Part shown: in pieces, positions 38,401 through 51,229 of the stretch
How the letters are laid out: each line of letters begins with the position of its first letter
How positions within the stretch are numbered: the first letter of the stretch is position 1
Assembly (NCBI RefSeq): GCF_039654945.1
Contig: NW_027361682.1
Location: forward strand, 6,634,001 to 6,698,000
DNA from: Dendrobates tinctorius
Lineage: Eukaryota
Direction: 5' to 3'
Length of the DNA stretch: 64,000 nt
Made by a program: the position numbers and the translations under genes
The notes under the pieces: model-generated
Database searches by the model: none
The model's input: the letters and a program-made list of their open reading frames with translations, nothing else
Told to the model about the DNA's origin: nothing

Positions 38401-41400
38401 GGGAGGAGTTACATCTGCTGAACACCAGGATTTTACGCCCAGTGAGAGCCATTCATGGATTTTAGTGGCTCTCACTGGGGTGCCGACTCCCGTCGTTCAC
38501 AGCAGGGGTTTATGCGGTAGGTGGGCGAAGTTTCGGACGCCTGAACACATATACAATAGGGATCCATTTAGACTCCAAAAAGAGCCGAAAAAGAGCCGTC
38601 TCTTTTTGATGAGTGGAGCCGTGAGAGCTGGATCACCAAAAAGAGCCGGACTGCCCATCACTAATCTCCACCAGGGAGTGCTGGTGAAGGAAGAGAGGTT
38701 GCACACACAGCGCAGCACCACTGAGCAGAATCACAAGCACCACCTGGTGGTGAAAGAGAGGTCAAACGAGCCGAGTCAGAAACCGAGATGGAGCGAAGTA
38801 CCAGAGGTCCCACTACACATAGTCAAATATGAGCCAGAAGTCAAAACCAGATGGGAACAAAGATAGCAGAGAAGTGAGACAGTCAAACAGGTCAGAAGAC
38901 AAGCCGTGTCACATACCAAAAGGTCCAAGCACAGGGAATGAACACTAAGGCAAGCGGGGTGGCAGGAAAGGGATGTCACGGGATTAGAGTAAACAGGCAG
39001 AGGACAAAGCACGGTATCACGGGGTCAGCTGCTCTAGCCTGGGAGCATGAACTATCACTGACATTGGTCTGCAGGCCACAGAAGACTGAAATAGCCCCAC
39101 AGAACCCAAACGAGGCAGAAAAAGTTAACTCCTGCACAACGAGACCTGGGAGAGAATAACCAGAAACAAACCTCGGCCTGGATCATAACACACACAGAGG
39201 CAAGTCAGATTATAATTGGCAGTGGACAGCAGGATTTCTGGAGCAAAAATAGCTAGTAGTCCCACCCAAACCACACAGCAGAGAGCAACACTAATAGTGG
39301 ACACATAACAAGAACTGTAGCCATGTGTCAACTGCAAAAAGAGTGCGGCGCCACCTGCGCCAAGTATCATACCTTCAGAGAAATGCGTGTAACCAGTTTT
39401 ACCTATGCCTTTGTTACATCATTGAATTGTAGAGTCTTGTGATAACTGTTCCAACAGTGTCATTTGTTGACATGTTCTCTTATGGCAGCCTGTTTATTTC
39501 TGCTCCATTGTTACTGTGCAGTCTAACTTTTCTCCTTGAGGCTGCCATAGTTTCCCAACAGCCTCTGCATTAGCCTTACCCAATCTTTCTTCAGCAGCCA
39601 TCTTGGTCCCTTGGAAGCTGACATGCTGATTATCTCTCTGGATTTTCAGCCCTTTTGGTTTTTTTATCTCAACACAACACAGTCAGTGAGTTATTATGTT
39701 CCCCTTGTAAGCACTCACCATACTGTATGATGCAGGTGTTGTGTTCTTCATCGAATAGTCTATCTTCTGTCATTATAAGTATCTCCGCTACGTGATATAG
39801 TTACGTTGTGTGTCTCCTGTACCATATCTAATGCTATGTACCTCAGATATACTGTATGCTTTGTACTGAGTACTTTCATTTTTCTTGTAGTTTTGCACTG
39901 ATCCTATCAATAAAAGTTGTAAAGGACCCCGTATGTCTATCTCAAAGCATCTATAGGAAAGAGTTTAGCTGTCTGTCAACTCAATCTCCCTGAACAGAGT
40001 AACGGTGCCAGAACAGTAAAACGACTACTATAGAACGTGGTTGAAGCACATACATAGGCTTGTATCAAAGAGAAGTCAAGCTGCATACAGACATGTCAGC
40101 TAGAGGATCTCAAGGAAGTCTGCGAGCAGTCCTGCAATTGACACCGCCTTGGCAAAGCCAGAAGTCGCCAAAGTGAGAGCTGCCTTCGCTGAAAAAGAGT
40201 TGAAAATAAAGAAGAAAAAAGCACATCTTGAAGCCTACCTTGCAAAACTCACAATGGACAAGGAAGCAGGCAGCAGCAGAAGCCGAGGCACAAGTTCCAG
40301 CTTAAGACTCTGACCCAAACTTAGTCATTGCGATATCTCATGACACACTTCAGACTACATGGTACAGCACGCTCCATTAGGTGACTACCTAAATTCAGCT
40401 CCAAGAGCGAGACCAAACCCTGACGATCATCAATGACAAAATCCTACCAGTCATCGACCTTCATCCACCAATCATCTCTCATGCAGCAATCATCCCACAT
40501 TAAGCATGAAGGTAATGCTGTCTACCTACTATCATTAGTGTGACCTGCACCAATCCTATCAATATCAAAGAACGAGCAGAGTTTAAAAAGTGAGGAAGCA
40601 GATAAAGGGTCCTCATAACTACCTCTACGCTCAGCAACTAGACCTGGGATGGGTCGTTTTAGGAGACATTTGCCTAGGAAATGCTCACAAACCAAATAAA
40701 GTCAATTCTCTCCTCTACATCTTACCTCCCTCCCACTTTCCATCTTTTGTCTTTCCTTCTCCTTCCCCTTTTTATTATTTTTCTTGAAACCTTTAAGTGC
40801 AAAGTGAAGGACCCTGATGAGCGTGATTCCTTTTATTCCTTCACAACATAATTTATTGTTATTTTGCTTAATCCTTATGAGTTTTCTTGTATCTCCCGAA
40901 ACTAAAAAGGCCATGCATGGCCAATATATTTTTGACTGCAATCCATGTGGTCATTAGTTGTTTTCTCTCACAGGAAAAAAAAAAAATCGAGAGGTTTTTC
41001 AGACTTCTATCAACTGCTCAGTGTAAACAGAGCAGCACTCAGATGACACACAGACGGCACACAGTGCTCTGTCTTTTTCACACACATTCACTTGAATCAG
41101 TGAGTTTATCTGCTTACCGACTGATAACTTACCATGTAAAACATATGCCGGCTCCATGACTTTGATGCAGGCTCACAAGCCGAACATGCATCTTCGCCAG
41201 CAGATGATTGCTGTGATAATCAGCCATCATTTGCCTATAACAGGTGCAGGCAGCCATGGCTGTTAACCTGGTAAACCCTGTCAATCTATGAAAGCGGAAT
41301 TTACAGCATGCCCCCATTAGAGCTCCCGTAACATAATCACGGGTGCCGATGTGTTACCTTGATGTCTAGGGGTCTGCTGAAGACGCCTACGCTTATCTTG

Positions 41401-44400
41401 CCGGTGCTCCTGTGAAAGTCAGCCTGATGCTGGCATTCAGAGGATACCATGATTTTTGCTATATACAGCAATACTGAACTATTGCTGTATATCGCACAAA
41501 TGATCGGTTGATCAGAGGTTCAAGTCCCCTAAGGGTACTAACAAATGGAGTGGAAAGTGAAAAAAATGTTTTATAAAAAATATTCCAAAAATGATCTATC
41601 AAAATATAACATGAATGTAACCCGTCGGAAAATGGCGTAATGAGAAAGAAAAAACAAAATGTCAGAATTGCGGTACTTCGGCTGCTGCTACAAAAAAGAT
41701 AGAATAATAGGTGATCTGTTGCTCAACTGATTAAAGAAAGCAAAGTGGCAAAACTGAGTATTATGGGGTTCGTCTGGATGTCATAATATATCAATATTTA
41801 GAATAGAAAACAAAGTTCTGCAAGACGCATTTTTTACCATTATATAAAACAACGGACATGGATAAAAAGAATTCAACCATTATGGTCATGTAAGGAGGAA
41901 GACCGGGCTGCGGGTACCTGTATTGAGCCGTGTCCGGAACTGTCGAGGCTGCGTCCCATGTTGCCCGGGGGAAGGAATAGGGGACCGCACAGGCCCCATG
42001 ACCCGGAAGGAGGGGGCCCGGGTGAACCGGAAGCTAAGCAGAAAGCGCGCAAAGTGGAAGAGGTTTTCCCGCCGTCAGGGAGAGAGCAGGAGGGTGAGCA
42101 GCGGGCTCTGCACCCTGAGCGCCGGCGCTGTGACGTACTGCAGCTGACATCTTCCGATACCATTAGCGGGACAGTGAGTGCTGTGCGCCTAGTGACAGTT
42201 AAGACCACGCACGTGCAGAGAAGCAAGGGCCTGGTACAGGACAGTAAGCTGCGGTCCTTTCTGCCGGACAGTGCATATCAGAACACATTTAACCCCAGAA
42301 TTGCTGAGGCTCTCTTTGTTTTAACTGCACAGGCTCATGGACTAGGGGCTCAACGGGTAAAACCGGAGACCGCCCGTTGCCACCAGAAGTTGGACCTTCG
42401 TCGGTGTGATCCCATATGTGGATACTGTCACGGCTGTTGCCGGTGCCACAACCCCAAAGGATCATCTGCGGTGGAGGAACATATGGACACGATAAGTTTG
42501 ATAATTGGACGACTGCTGTTATATTGCAATTTCTCTTTACCATTTAACTGTTTATGTCCCTGCGAGGAGTTTCTCTAGTGTGTTAATGAAATTGTTTAAT
42601 TGTTAACCCTTGATCTGCCTCCCTTGTGTCACTGAATCCCGCAACCTGATTACAGTCACACCATTTACTGCTCACCATAAATAATGTGCTCACTGCATTG
42701 TATAGGTTGTAAAATTGCACACACTATGTCCTTGTTTATTGTAATTATGTTGCACCCTTACTTCATCTTATAATGTACTGCCATATGGAGATGTTGGGCA
42801 GCACAGTGGCTCAGTGGTTAGTACTGTTGGTTTGCAGCGTTGGTGGGATTTGAAACCAGGACCCCAAGGACAACATCTGCAAGGAGTTTGTATGTTCTCC
42901 CCATGTCGCGTGAGCTTCCTCCAGGTTCTCCGTTTTCCTCCCACACCCCAAAGACATACTGATAGGGAATTAAGATTTGGGACCAAAATAATAATGTATG
43001 CAAAGCGCTGTGGAATATGATAGCGCTGTATAAGCAATGCTTATTATTAATAATAATAGTAATAAGTATAGACCAGGATATTCTGCATGTAAAAAATTGC
43101 CATTGAGATTTTTAGGTTGAGAATATTCTCTAGTTTGTAACTGACTTGTAATGTTGCTGCCTTCTGTATGAAAACTAATAATTGCTACAAAGTGGAGACA
43201 TAGGTAGATTAGTGGTGGATAATTCACCTCCTGGAATTGTGCATCTACTGACATTACCCTGGTAAAGGCTTGTAGAGTTATGGTCAGTCAGCTGCTGCTC
43301 CTTTCCAAAGTGATGTCAAGGAAAAAACACCATAAAATACATAACAATATCGAAAAAATTGAAAGACATGGGCGCTGCTGATAACGACCATCCAAATAGT
43401 AGAAGATGAAGTAGGTTCCTTTATTGGTAAAACATTGAGGCTGCGTGTTTTGATACTGAACTGGTATGTGACCTGATGAAGATGCCAATTCGGTATTGTG
43501 ATGTGTAGACTGAATGTCTTATGTCTTAATGATTTCATCTTTCATTGTTTGGACGATCATTATCCTCAGCGCCCCTGTTCGCCATTTTCTTCTATATTGC
43601 TCTGAGGTTCCCAACACTAACAGTCTTCATAAGTATATTTGGAGGCTTCCATTGAGCACAGTGTCCTGTGATGGGACAGGACTGTGAATACAGAAAGATC
43701 TCCTCTACAGCAACTCCGAAGTGATTATGGCAAAAAGTGATTTTTATTTTTAAACACTAAATCTTTACGTGTGAAGTCCACATGTAAAGCTCTGTATAAA
43801 AAACATAAAACCATTCAATACATAAATTCTAAAACCATTGACTGAGTAGTAGTGGTAGTGGTCATTTCTCACCTGTGCGGTTATCTGTAGGAATCTCCTC
43901 TTTACATCGCTCATCACCACTCACATATGTCTCTGTAGTATTAATATGGGGCAGATCTTCACCCTGAAAGAAAGATTGTGAAAGTCACAGAAAGACGGAG
44001 AAGATGTATGGAATGATTTAGAAGAACAGAAAAAAACATTTAACATGATGATTGTGAGAAGATCCAGACAACATCTAGTGTCTATGATCAGCTTTATATC
44101 CAATTCAAAAGATAAGCAGACTGGCAATGCTGAAAGTATAAAACAATGGAGTATGCAATGCTGGTTAAAAGAGAATACCAGATGTGGAGGTGCTCAACTG
44201 TGCAGCAATACAATCTTCAAAAATTACGAAAGTAGAATAAAAATGAATGGCACTCACTAATGATGCATCATTTTATATTTTTTTATCCAAGCTCATACGG
44301 TCAAATTTCAAAATACCACAAAAATATATTTGCAAATGTCGAGGCCACTGGTGTATCCATTACGGTACCAGTGGTCTGCAAATTGATAGGAATTATGTCC

Positions 44401-47400
44401 CGAAAGAATGTATAAGTATTTACACATAAATTCCAATAGTTAGCCTTCAGTATTATTACTCTTCAATCAATGTCTTACAGCCTGTATACCAGCATCCTGT
44501 AGGATGTTTATACAGGGTCTCAATATCGATTGTTGCCAGCTGGAATCCTTCTTACCAACTAAGCTGGTCCAGTATTTGTAACAAAAATTCACGTGTCCTG
44601 TATATACGAGGGAGTTTTCTTAACCAATGGGCATAACATACAGTCCAAATATCTGTAGAAGTCACTGAACCCCGTCCCGCTATTACAGGGCCTAATAGGT
44701 GGATTGTCTATATATTTATGGATTTGGGGAATAAAATATCAGTATAGTTTTAGGATATTCTACCATTAGTTTGTTTTCAAAATTGTGCGCCAATCAACAA
44801 TTAACTGATTAAAATACCTATATATCTTTAATTTCGAATCCCACACACTCCTATAGGAAAGATTGAAATCATTATTAAGACAAGGAGTGAAAAGATTTTT
44901 TTTTACTGGTCTCCCTAATTGAACTATCAACCATCTGGTCCTGGCCAACGGAACTCATTGGTAATATGTGACCTGCAAGGACGTAGCCCCCATAGCACAA
45001 GTCCACACACTTAGCCAGGACCCCCACCTTCATGTAACCTGCCGGGATGTCAGAAACAAGTACTTCACCCACGGCTAGCTTCCTGCACCATGTTATATTT
45101 GATGTAGTCTGCAAGATCGAGTCTTGCAGCAGGAAGAGCAAAGTAATGTGGGGAAGACATGAGTTGCATGGAGGATAGCGACTGCTACGCTGTCTAAGAT
45201 GGCACAGAGCACAAACTTTGTAATGAAGGTTAGTGGCAGAGAAAAGCAAGAAGGTCCCGCCAATGGGCATAGAAGAAACAAAAGGCGGAGTGAAGAACTG
45301 TCCAGCCCTCCAGAGGTTACGCCTGCTGGAGGGAGTATCAGGACTGGAAGTACCAGCTTAAAATGAGTAGTGGCCACTGCAGTAAAGGGAAGTGGAAGGT
45401 GTGATTCAAGAAAATGGGCAGAGGAGGGAGAGAAATAGGATGGTGAGCGGAAGAGAACCCCAACAAGCAAAAGTCTGAGCCACTACGTAGAACGACAAGC
45501 GTCGAAAGAGATGGCGTCATTTATCAGTTGGAATTGTAAGAGAATACAATCAAAGATGTAAGCGCAAAGTCAGACTGCTCAGCCCAAGGGTCAGAAGGAG
45601 GTGCCAAGGACCCAGAACTGGCTAGCTCTCCTGCGGGTGAAACAGCATCTTGCTACAGGGGTCCAGACCGGAACAAGGCAGCTCCAATAGTAGGATGGGG
45701 CCTGAAGGAAAGATGCAGCCACACCTCCGGGCTTCAAAAGAAATGAGGAAGGAAGAACGAAGGTCCAGCATCTTGTCAGCGATGTGAGGGACCTGTGACA
45801 GGGACAAGGGGGCATCCTCTACATCTGGAGGAAAGAAGGTTTAATCATAATCACAGACGCGGATTCTTTACTGTAAGAGCAGTAAGACTATGGAACTCTC
45901 TGCCATATGATGTTGTAATGAGTGATTCCCTACTAAAATTTAAGAGGGGACTGGATGCCTTTCTTGAAAAGTATATTACAGTTTATATACACTAGTTTCC
46001 TTGATATTGCGTTGATCCAGGGAGCTAGTCTGATTGCCATAGGTGGAGTCAGGAAGGAATTTTTTTCCCCAATGTGAAGCTTACCGTTTGCCACATGGTT
46101 TTTTTGCCTTCCTCTGGATCAACATGTCAGGGCAGGTTAGGATAGGGTATGGGTTGTACTAGATGGACTTAAAATCTTCCTTCAACTGTAATAACTATGT
46201 TACTATGATTGCGGAGAAGAGGCTGTTCCAAACCTGAGCCAGAAATATGTTGGTAGGCTCCTTGGCTGAAAGTTACGGAGAATTAGTCTCCCAAGGGGAA
46301 GTTCATAGCTATGATCTGCAGCGAGAACATGGGTTCATCTATGAATTTGGGATCGGCCACCATATCGACTTGCAGAAGAAAATGGTAGAGACTAGTCACT
46401 TGCCACAGAGGTTGCACGACCTCCCACCAGGTACGTGAGTGATATTACGCAAGATGGGTGGCCCCTGAGGATGGTTTGTGGCTAGTGTGGTGCACGAGGG
46501 TATTGCCACTCCTGTACGTATATGTAAGGAGGAGGCGAGGACCCTCACGTGCCTCCTATCTCTTGGATACTGAGCACATGTGGCACTCTGATGTTTCACT
46601 AATGTTTTATTACTGTTATGTCACTTATTAATATCATTGTAACATGCTGTTTTCTAATGTGAATGTATTTGTATATATTTAGCTCAGGGACAGAATGAGG
46701 TACAAAGGGTTAAACCGTTGGGAGGAGAAAGAGAGGGACGGTGCAAAACCTCACGGTCATAGAAGAAAGCATTTCCTGCCTGGAGCCAGAGTCCGGGCAG
46801 GTTTGCCCATGGCAAGATGCTCGCCACAGCAAGGAACGGAGGGTGCCCCAGTCTTGGGGATACAAGCTGCCATAGTCTGACGGGCAGTGTGGACGGGCAC
46901 TGGTTCTGTGGGATCGTCTCCAGGAGGAATATGGGGTCACAGACCCAGATGGAAGCCATTGGTGTGAAGCCTACATAGGCAGCAGGGAAGGCAGAGGAAA
47001 CATTGCCTTGTTTGCAACGTGTCACAGATGCGACAGTAAAGTTTAACCGTTGGAACAGAGTTGTGGCTTGTGGTGTTTCCTGAGATCTGGTCTCCAGCAG
47101 CTGAAGTGGACGAGAAATGGAGGTAACCGAATGTACTGCAGGACTGAGACCTCCCTTATCTTTTCATGTACAAGGTGCTGGGGTGCTCACTGACTGTTGC
47201 TTAGTGAACTCGCCCACCCTGTGCCACCTTGTTACATATATAACAACTAGAGAGGGCCTGTGAAAGAAAAATGTAGGCCAGTTAGTTTGGGGGTACAACA
47301 ACCATGGCATTGGTGGAACACAGAGGGATTTGACCATCGTTCTGATTATGGCCGGAGCCTTGGTTCATGTTCACATGTCTGTGACTCCGGGGGCCTTAGA

Positions 47401-50367
47401 GGCAGTATCATATCCGGAGCAGACACAGGCACGAGGAAGGGAAGGAGAGGAATCATCTCTGCATTTCCAAGAGAGAGTGAGGATGGTCAGTGAAGGAAGA
47501 TGGAGTCGGAGGCTGAAACAGGCCAAGGCATCGGTGACAGAAGTGAAGTACCGTCCATACTGGCAATATAGTTCCCTGGAGCAGAATCAAGAAATGGAAC
47601 CGCAGGTTGAGAATAGGACTGATGATAACTGGACAGTAATTACTGTACTGGGCTGTGGTGAAGTAAAGAGGAATGGTGAAGATATAGGATAAGTGACTAA
47701 ATAGAAAGGAATCAGAACTGTGTGTGGAAAATGCTCTGTATTATAGAGGGAATTTTCTTAAAGTTGTATTCCCGCTATTTACTGCTGTATATGATCACCA
47801 CCAAATTATTGTTTAGTACAAAAGTTTATTTTTGACTGGTGGTCTCCCTCATTGAACTGTCAACCATCTGGTCCTGGCCAACCAAAGTCAAGTCATCGCT
47901 AACATGCGGCCTATTCCACACTTAACCAGGACCCCCACCCTTCATGTAACTTACCGAGGTGTCAGATAAGAGTACCTCGCCCGCGGCTACCACCTCACTC
48001 CACGTTACAAGAACTTTTTTAATGGAAGCAATTCATGACTACATGACCCTTGTGACATAGATCATTGTACTTATACAATAGACTCAATAGCTGACATGAA
48101 GGGAAGAATTTGGTCAGACACAATACTCAGGTAAGCCGTAGTATCTAAACATATCCATCTACAGACATCAGAGGACCCAGGATGTGCTCAGATAACATTT
48201 TCCACACCTTTAATCCATCTCCACCAGCAGGAAAAATGTTGACACCTGACAAGAAAGGAACATGGATTCATGTTGCTGCTTAAATGAAATTCTGACCCTC
48301 CCATCCGCACTGTGCAACAGAAATTTTATCCGAACAGATGTTTTCCGCTGCTCTGAAATAACTATTACTTTCTTTAGACCAATGAAGTTTTTTTCTTACT
48401 GTTTTGCTGGAAAGCTATGGCACTGGAACTGGTCATCTGCTGCTATAGCCCAATTGTGATAAGGAATGATCAGTGCATCCGGACAGATTAGTATTCATCT
48501 ACAATTTGCATGGCTGTGCACCACTTGTTTTTGGAATAACTCCTGTTGTTTTTGTTGATGAGTTGCTTATATCTATAAGATCTAATAACACTGGAATTTT
48601 TTCCTTTATCACACACTATACTCATTATACTTTTGACATCAATGCACATACGTACCCCATAATCTAGCAGTGATGACCTTGTGCAAAGTCGTTCAGATTG
48701 CTTAAACGTCAAATTTTGAAAACTGATCTCATACTGCACGTCGGGGTAATCTGTCTAATAAAGGAAAAATATGAACAATTTCAGCTCACCACTATGACGG
48801 CCGTTTCAGACGCTTCAGCGAGGAAGTATTTCAGTCCAGGCTAAGCACAGCTGTATCCAAGCAAAAAAAGAGTGTTTCCAGCGAGCGTAGAAGGAACAGT
48901 AGCAGACGTTTTTGCAAAGAACTCCTCAATATTTAATGATTTCAAAATGTTACATGTATAGACAAAAAATTGACCCCCTCACCAAAATTATAAACTGTTT
49001 CTTGCTATTACATAATTTCACAGAAGAATCATAAAACAACAGTTCTAATGAGGTCTCAAGGATTTCCATTGTACATGTACTGCATGGGACTATTAGTATT
49101 TAAATGTTTTGCAACTAACATGTACTACAGGTAAAACCATTATAGGGACAAAACCTAAATAGTTGTAAAAAAATAAATAAATAAATATAATTAAAATATG
49201 TTAGTCTGCTATGCCTTTATCTCTCAATGACACCAGCGAGTCATCTATTACTAGAACATAAAAGGTAAGAGAAAATGATGGGAAAACATTTTTTGTCTAT
49301 ACATGTAACATTTTTGGATTCACTAAATATTGAAGAGTTCTTTGCAAAAATGTCTACTGCTGTTAATTCTACACTCGCTGGAAACACTCTTTTTTGCTTG
49401 GATACACGTGTATAAGTTACAAAAAAGGGCTGCTGCCTAATTTCCACGCACTGAACCTCCAGTTGGGAGAGAGCAGATGTTCCTAATAAACTGTCCATTC
49501 ATTGCATAATATTGATGGATAAAACAAGACTAAACAAAACCTTCACAGCTTTTACACATCATGAGAGAGATTTTATGACACCTTCTCTCCATCTACCTGA
49601 TGATCCTGAGGAACATTGGGACTTTCTTGTTTACAGTCCTGTGGAAGAAGAGGACGGGGACATCTCTCTGGTGTTGTCCTCTCACTGGATAGATCTGTAG
49701 GAAACACATACAGGGACTGAATTCATTCTTTACATACAGATAATTATAGGTCGTGTGTATTTAGTCCTGTCTATTACCTGGTGATGTGAGGGGCTGGGGA
49801 ACCTCCATCATGACGTCCTTGTACAGATCTTTGTGTCCTTCTAAATACTCCCACTCCTCCATGGAGAAATAGACGGTGACATCCTGACACCTAATAGGAA
49901 CCTGACACATACAATGATACCGTCATCCCTCGATCCCTCCATAGCGTTACTGTATAATGTCCCAGCATTCCCAGCAGTGTCACCTCTCCAGTCAGCAGCT
50001 CAATCATCTTGTAGGTGAGTTCTAGGATCTTCTGGGCATTGATGTCCTCATGTATCAGGGGGTGAGGTGGAGGCCCTGTAATTGGGCTCAGGGGTCTTCC
50101 CCATCCCTCAGACACAGGGGCCTGACCGCACTTACTGGAGGTCTTTACTAATATGTAATCCTGGTTATGGAGAGACACATTAATAAAACTCACTGCAGAC
50201 ATTTCCAGAGTCCTCACCTCTCCAGTTCTCTCCATCTGTTATTCCCATAGATAAGAATGATGTAATGTGACGTCATCAGAATCTCTCACCTCTCCAGTAA
50301 GCCGGAAGAGGATCTCTAGGGTGAGGTGTAAAATCCTCTCCGCCATCTTGTCCCTGTTCCTATCCAT
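31749..50367 (-). CDS. FAX/KRAB-type C2H2 zinc-finger protein, paralog B (oocyte/gastrula ZFP XlCOF/XlCGF-like), ~435 aa, 6 fingers
   Basis: Exons 50367-50290, 50160-49984, 49901-49778 (KRAB-A-like), 49694-49597, 43963-43873, 32488-31749; all GT/AG with compatible phases; 1308 nt open to TAG. Confidence 0.9.
32893..33310 (-). mobile_element. LTR fragment related to 37839-39190
   Basis: Shares TGTTATGTCTGTCAGAGGC terminus and downstream similarity. Confidence 0.55.
33433..33749. repeat. 53-bp tandem repeat, 6 copies
   Basis: CAGAATAATAC at 33441, 33494, 33547, 33600, 33653, 33706. Confidence 0.95.
34260..36097. mobile_element. Insertion with ~205-bp terminal direct repeats and 13-bp TSD (Penelope-like organisation)
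   Basis: GAGAGCAGAAAGT at 34247-34259 and 36098-36110; direct repeats ~34260-34468 and ~35888-36094. Confidence 0.6.
34605..35679. mobile_element. Tc1/pogo (Tigger-like) MITE with internal hairpin and G-rich minisatellite
   Basis: TA|CCGTATATATTCGTGTATAAG...CTTATACTCGAGTATATACGG|TA; inverted arms ~34738-35010; GGGGAAGCAC repeats 35010-35480. Confidence 0.8.
37230..39190 (-). mobile_element. Second, older sushi-type Gypsy: LTR 37839-39190 plus gag remnant
   Basis: TGTTATG...CATAACA termini; [15 protein letters not shown]...FRESC...[14 protein letters not shown] is homologous to the gag at 30.0-30.15 kb. Confidence 0.72.
38180..38663. mobile_element. hAT MITE with ~280-bp internal palindrome
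   Basis: TAGTGATG...CATCACTA TIRs; 8-bp TSD ACCTCCAG/ATCTCCAC; inverted arms ~38226-38507. Confidence 0.82.
39440..40700 (+). mobile_element. BEL/Pao LTR retrotransposon remnant
   Basis: LTR-like end GCCAGAACA|GTAAAA ~40015; [11 protein letters not shown]...AHLEA gag-like helix; [24 protein letters not shown]. Confidence 0.62.
41889..42654 (+). mobile_element. Solo LTR with 4-bp TSD
   Basis: GTCA|TGTAAGGAGG...GATTACA|GTCA. Confidence 0.85.
42796..43062 (+). mobile_element. tRNA-derived V-SINE-like element
   Basis: A box TGGCTCAGTGG; central GGAGTTTGTATGTTCTCCCC...TTTCCTCCCACACCCCAAAGACAT; L2-like tail and (TAA)n. Confidence 0.85.
44290..44830 (-). mobile_element. Penelope-like RT remnant (paralog of 410-960)
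   Basis: Near-identical to 410-960. Confidence 0.7.
45796..46207 (+). mobile_element. CR1 LINE 3' fragment (unit B-specific)
   Basis: [13 protein letters not shown]...[14 protein letters not shown]...FKRGLDAFL; ACTATGTT tail; absent at ~1880 in unit A. Confidence 0.88.
46523..47236 (+). mobile_element. Solo LTR with 4-bp TSD
   Basis: TATA|TGTAAGGAGG...TGTTACA|TATA. Confidence 0.85.
48010..48737 (-). mobile_element. Old Tc1-like transposase remnant
   Basis: [35 protein letters not shown] resembles the Tc1 catalytic region. Confidence 0.45.
48762..49413. mobile_element. Unit B-specific insertion with ~120-bp inverted repeat
   Basis: 48852-48972 is the reverse complement of ~49288-49407; unit A is contiguous at ~2884. 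Confidence 0.55.
49778..49901 (-). CDS. KRAB-A-like exon of paralog B
   Basis: [41 protein letters not shown], 124 nt. Confidence 0.92.
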
Positions 50368-50795
50368 CCTTGTAGGGTCAATCAGGAGTATTCTCTTATA
50401 TAGAAGATCTCCACTGAGAGGATCCGATATTGTAGGGACCTGAATGGGGAGAAGATGACGACGTAACAGCATAAAGATCCCATGTAAGAAATCTACAGAC
50501 CTGTTATCGGCTTCACATTCATGATCACTACATACAGTTATGGGTCTCTCTTGCCACCTGTAGTATAACACAAGATCAATTTATAATCACTGTCAAAAGA
50601 TGCAGTACTGGACCCCTGGCCTTGAAGGTAGGCCGACAGGACAGGGTTGATGTGGGAATATAGGGAGTTGGAGGGACATTTTGTAGATCGGGGGTTAACA
50701 GACTGGTACAGAGGTGGAGCTGGGGTCAGGTCTTGGAGGAAGAGGGGTCAGAGGTGTGGCTATGGGGCAGCAATATAAAATGGTCATCCATCTTA

Positions 50796-51167
50796 AGCCC
50801 CCGTCACACACAGCGAGAACGCTGCTGAGTCACAAGTTTTGTGACGCAACAGCGATCTCACCTGCGATCTCGCTGTGTGTGACATGTATCAGCGACCGCC
50901 CCCCCCCCCCGCCGGGTATCGCTGATCGTGCTCGAATGCCCTGGACATTTTTTTGATCGTTGGTCTCCCGCTGGCCAGCACGCATCGCTGCGTTTTGCAG
51001 CAGGAGACCATCGATGAGTGAGTTGGAGCTGGTATCCAAGATAAAACAAGGGTAACTAAGCGATGCACGCGCTTGTTACCCGCGATCATGTAGCGACACA
51101 CCAGCGATCCTGACCAGGTCATATCGCTGTCGAGATCGCTGGTGCGTCGCTATGTGTGACGGGGGCT
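50796..51167. mobile_element. PIF/Harbinger MITE
   Basis: TTA|AGCCCCCGTCACAC...GTGTGACGGGGGCT|TTA. Confidence 0.88.
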
Positions 51168-51229
51168 TTAGTTTTAGGTACCCCCTTTACAGTGTTAAGA
51201 AGCTGTACATGTACTTGAGATATGGAAGC

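Noticed and set aside
41958-42578. 206-aa ORF
   Set aside because: Lies wholly within a TSD-flanked solo LTR; no recognisable domain
42796-42870. tRNA gene
   Set aside because: SINE head with inverted B box, followed by V-domain and LINE-like tail
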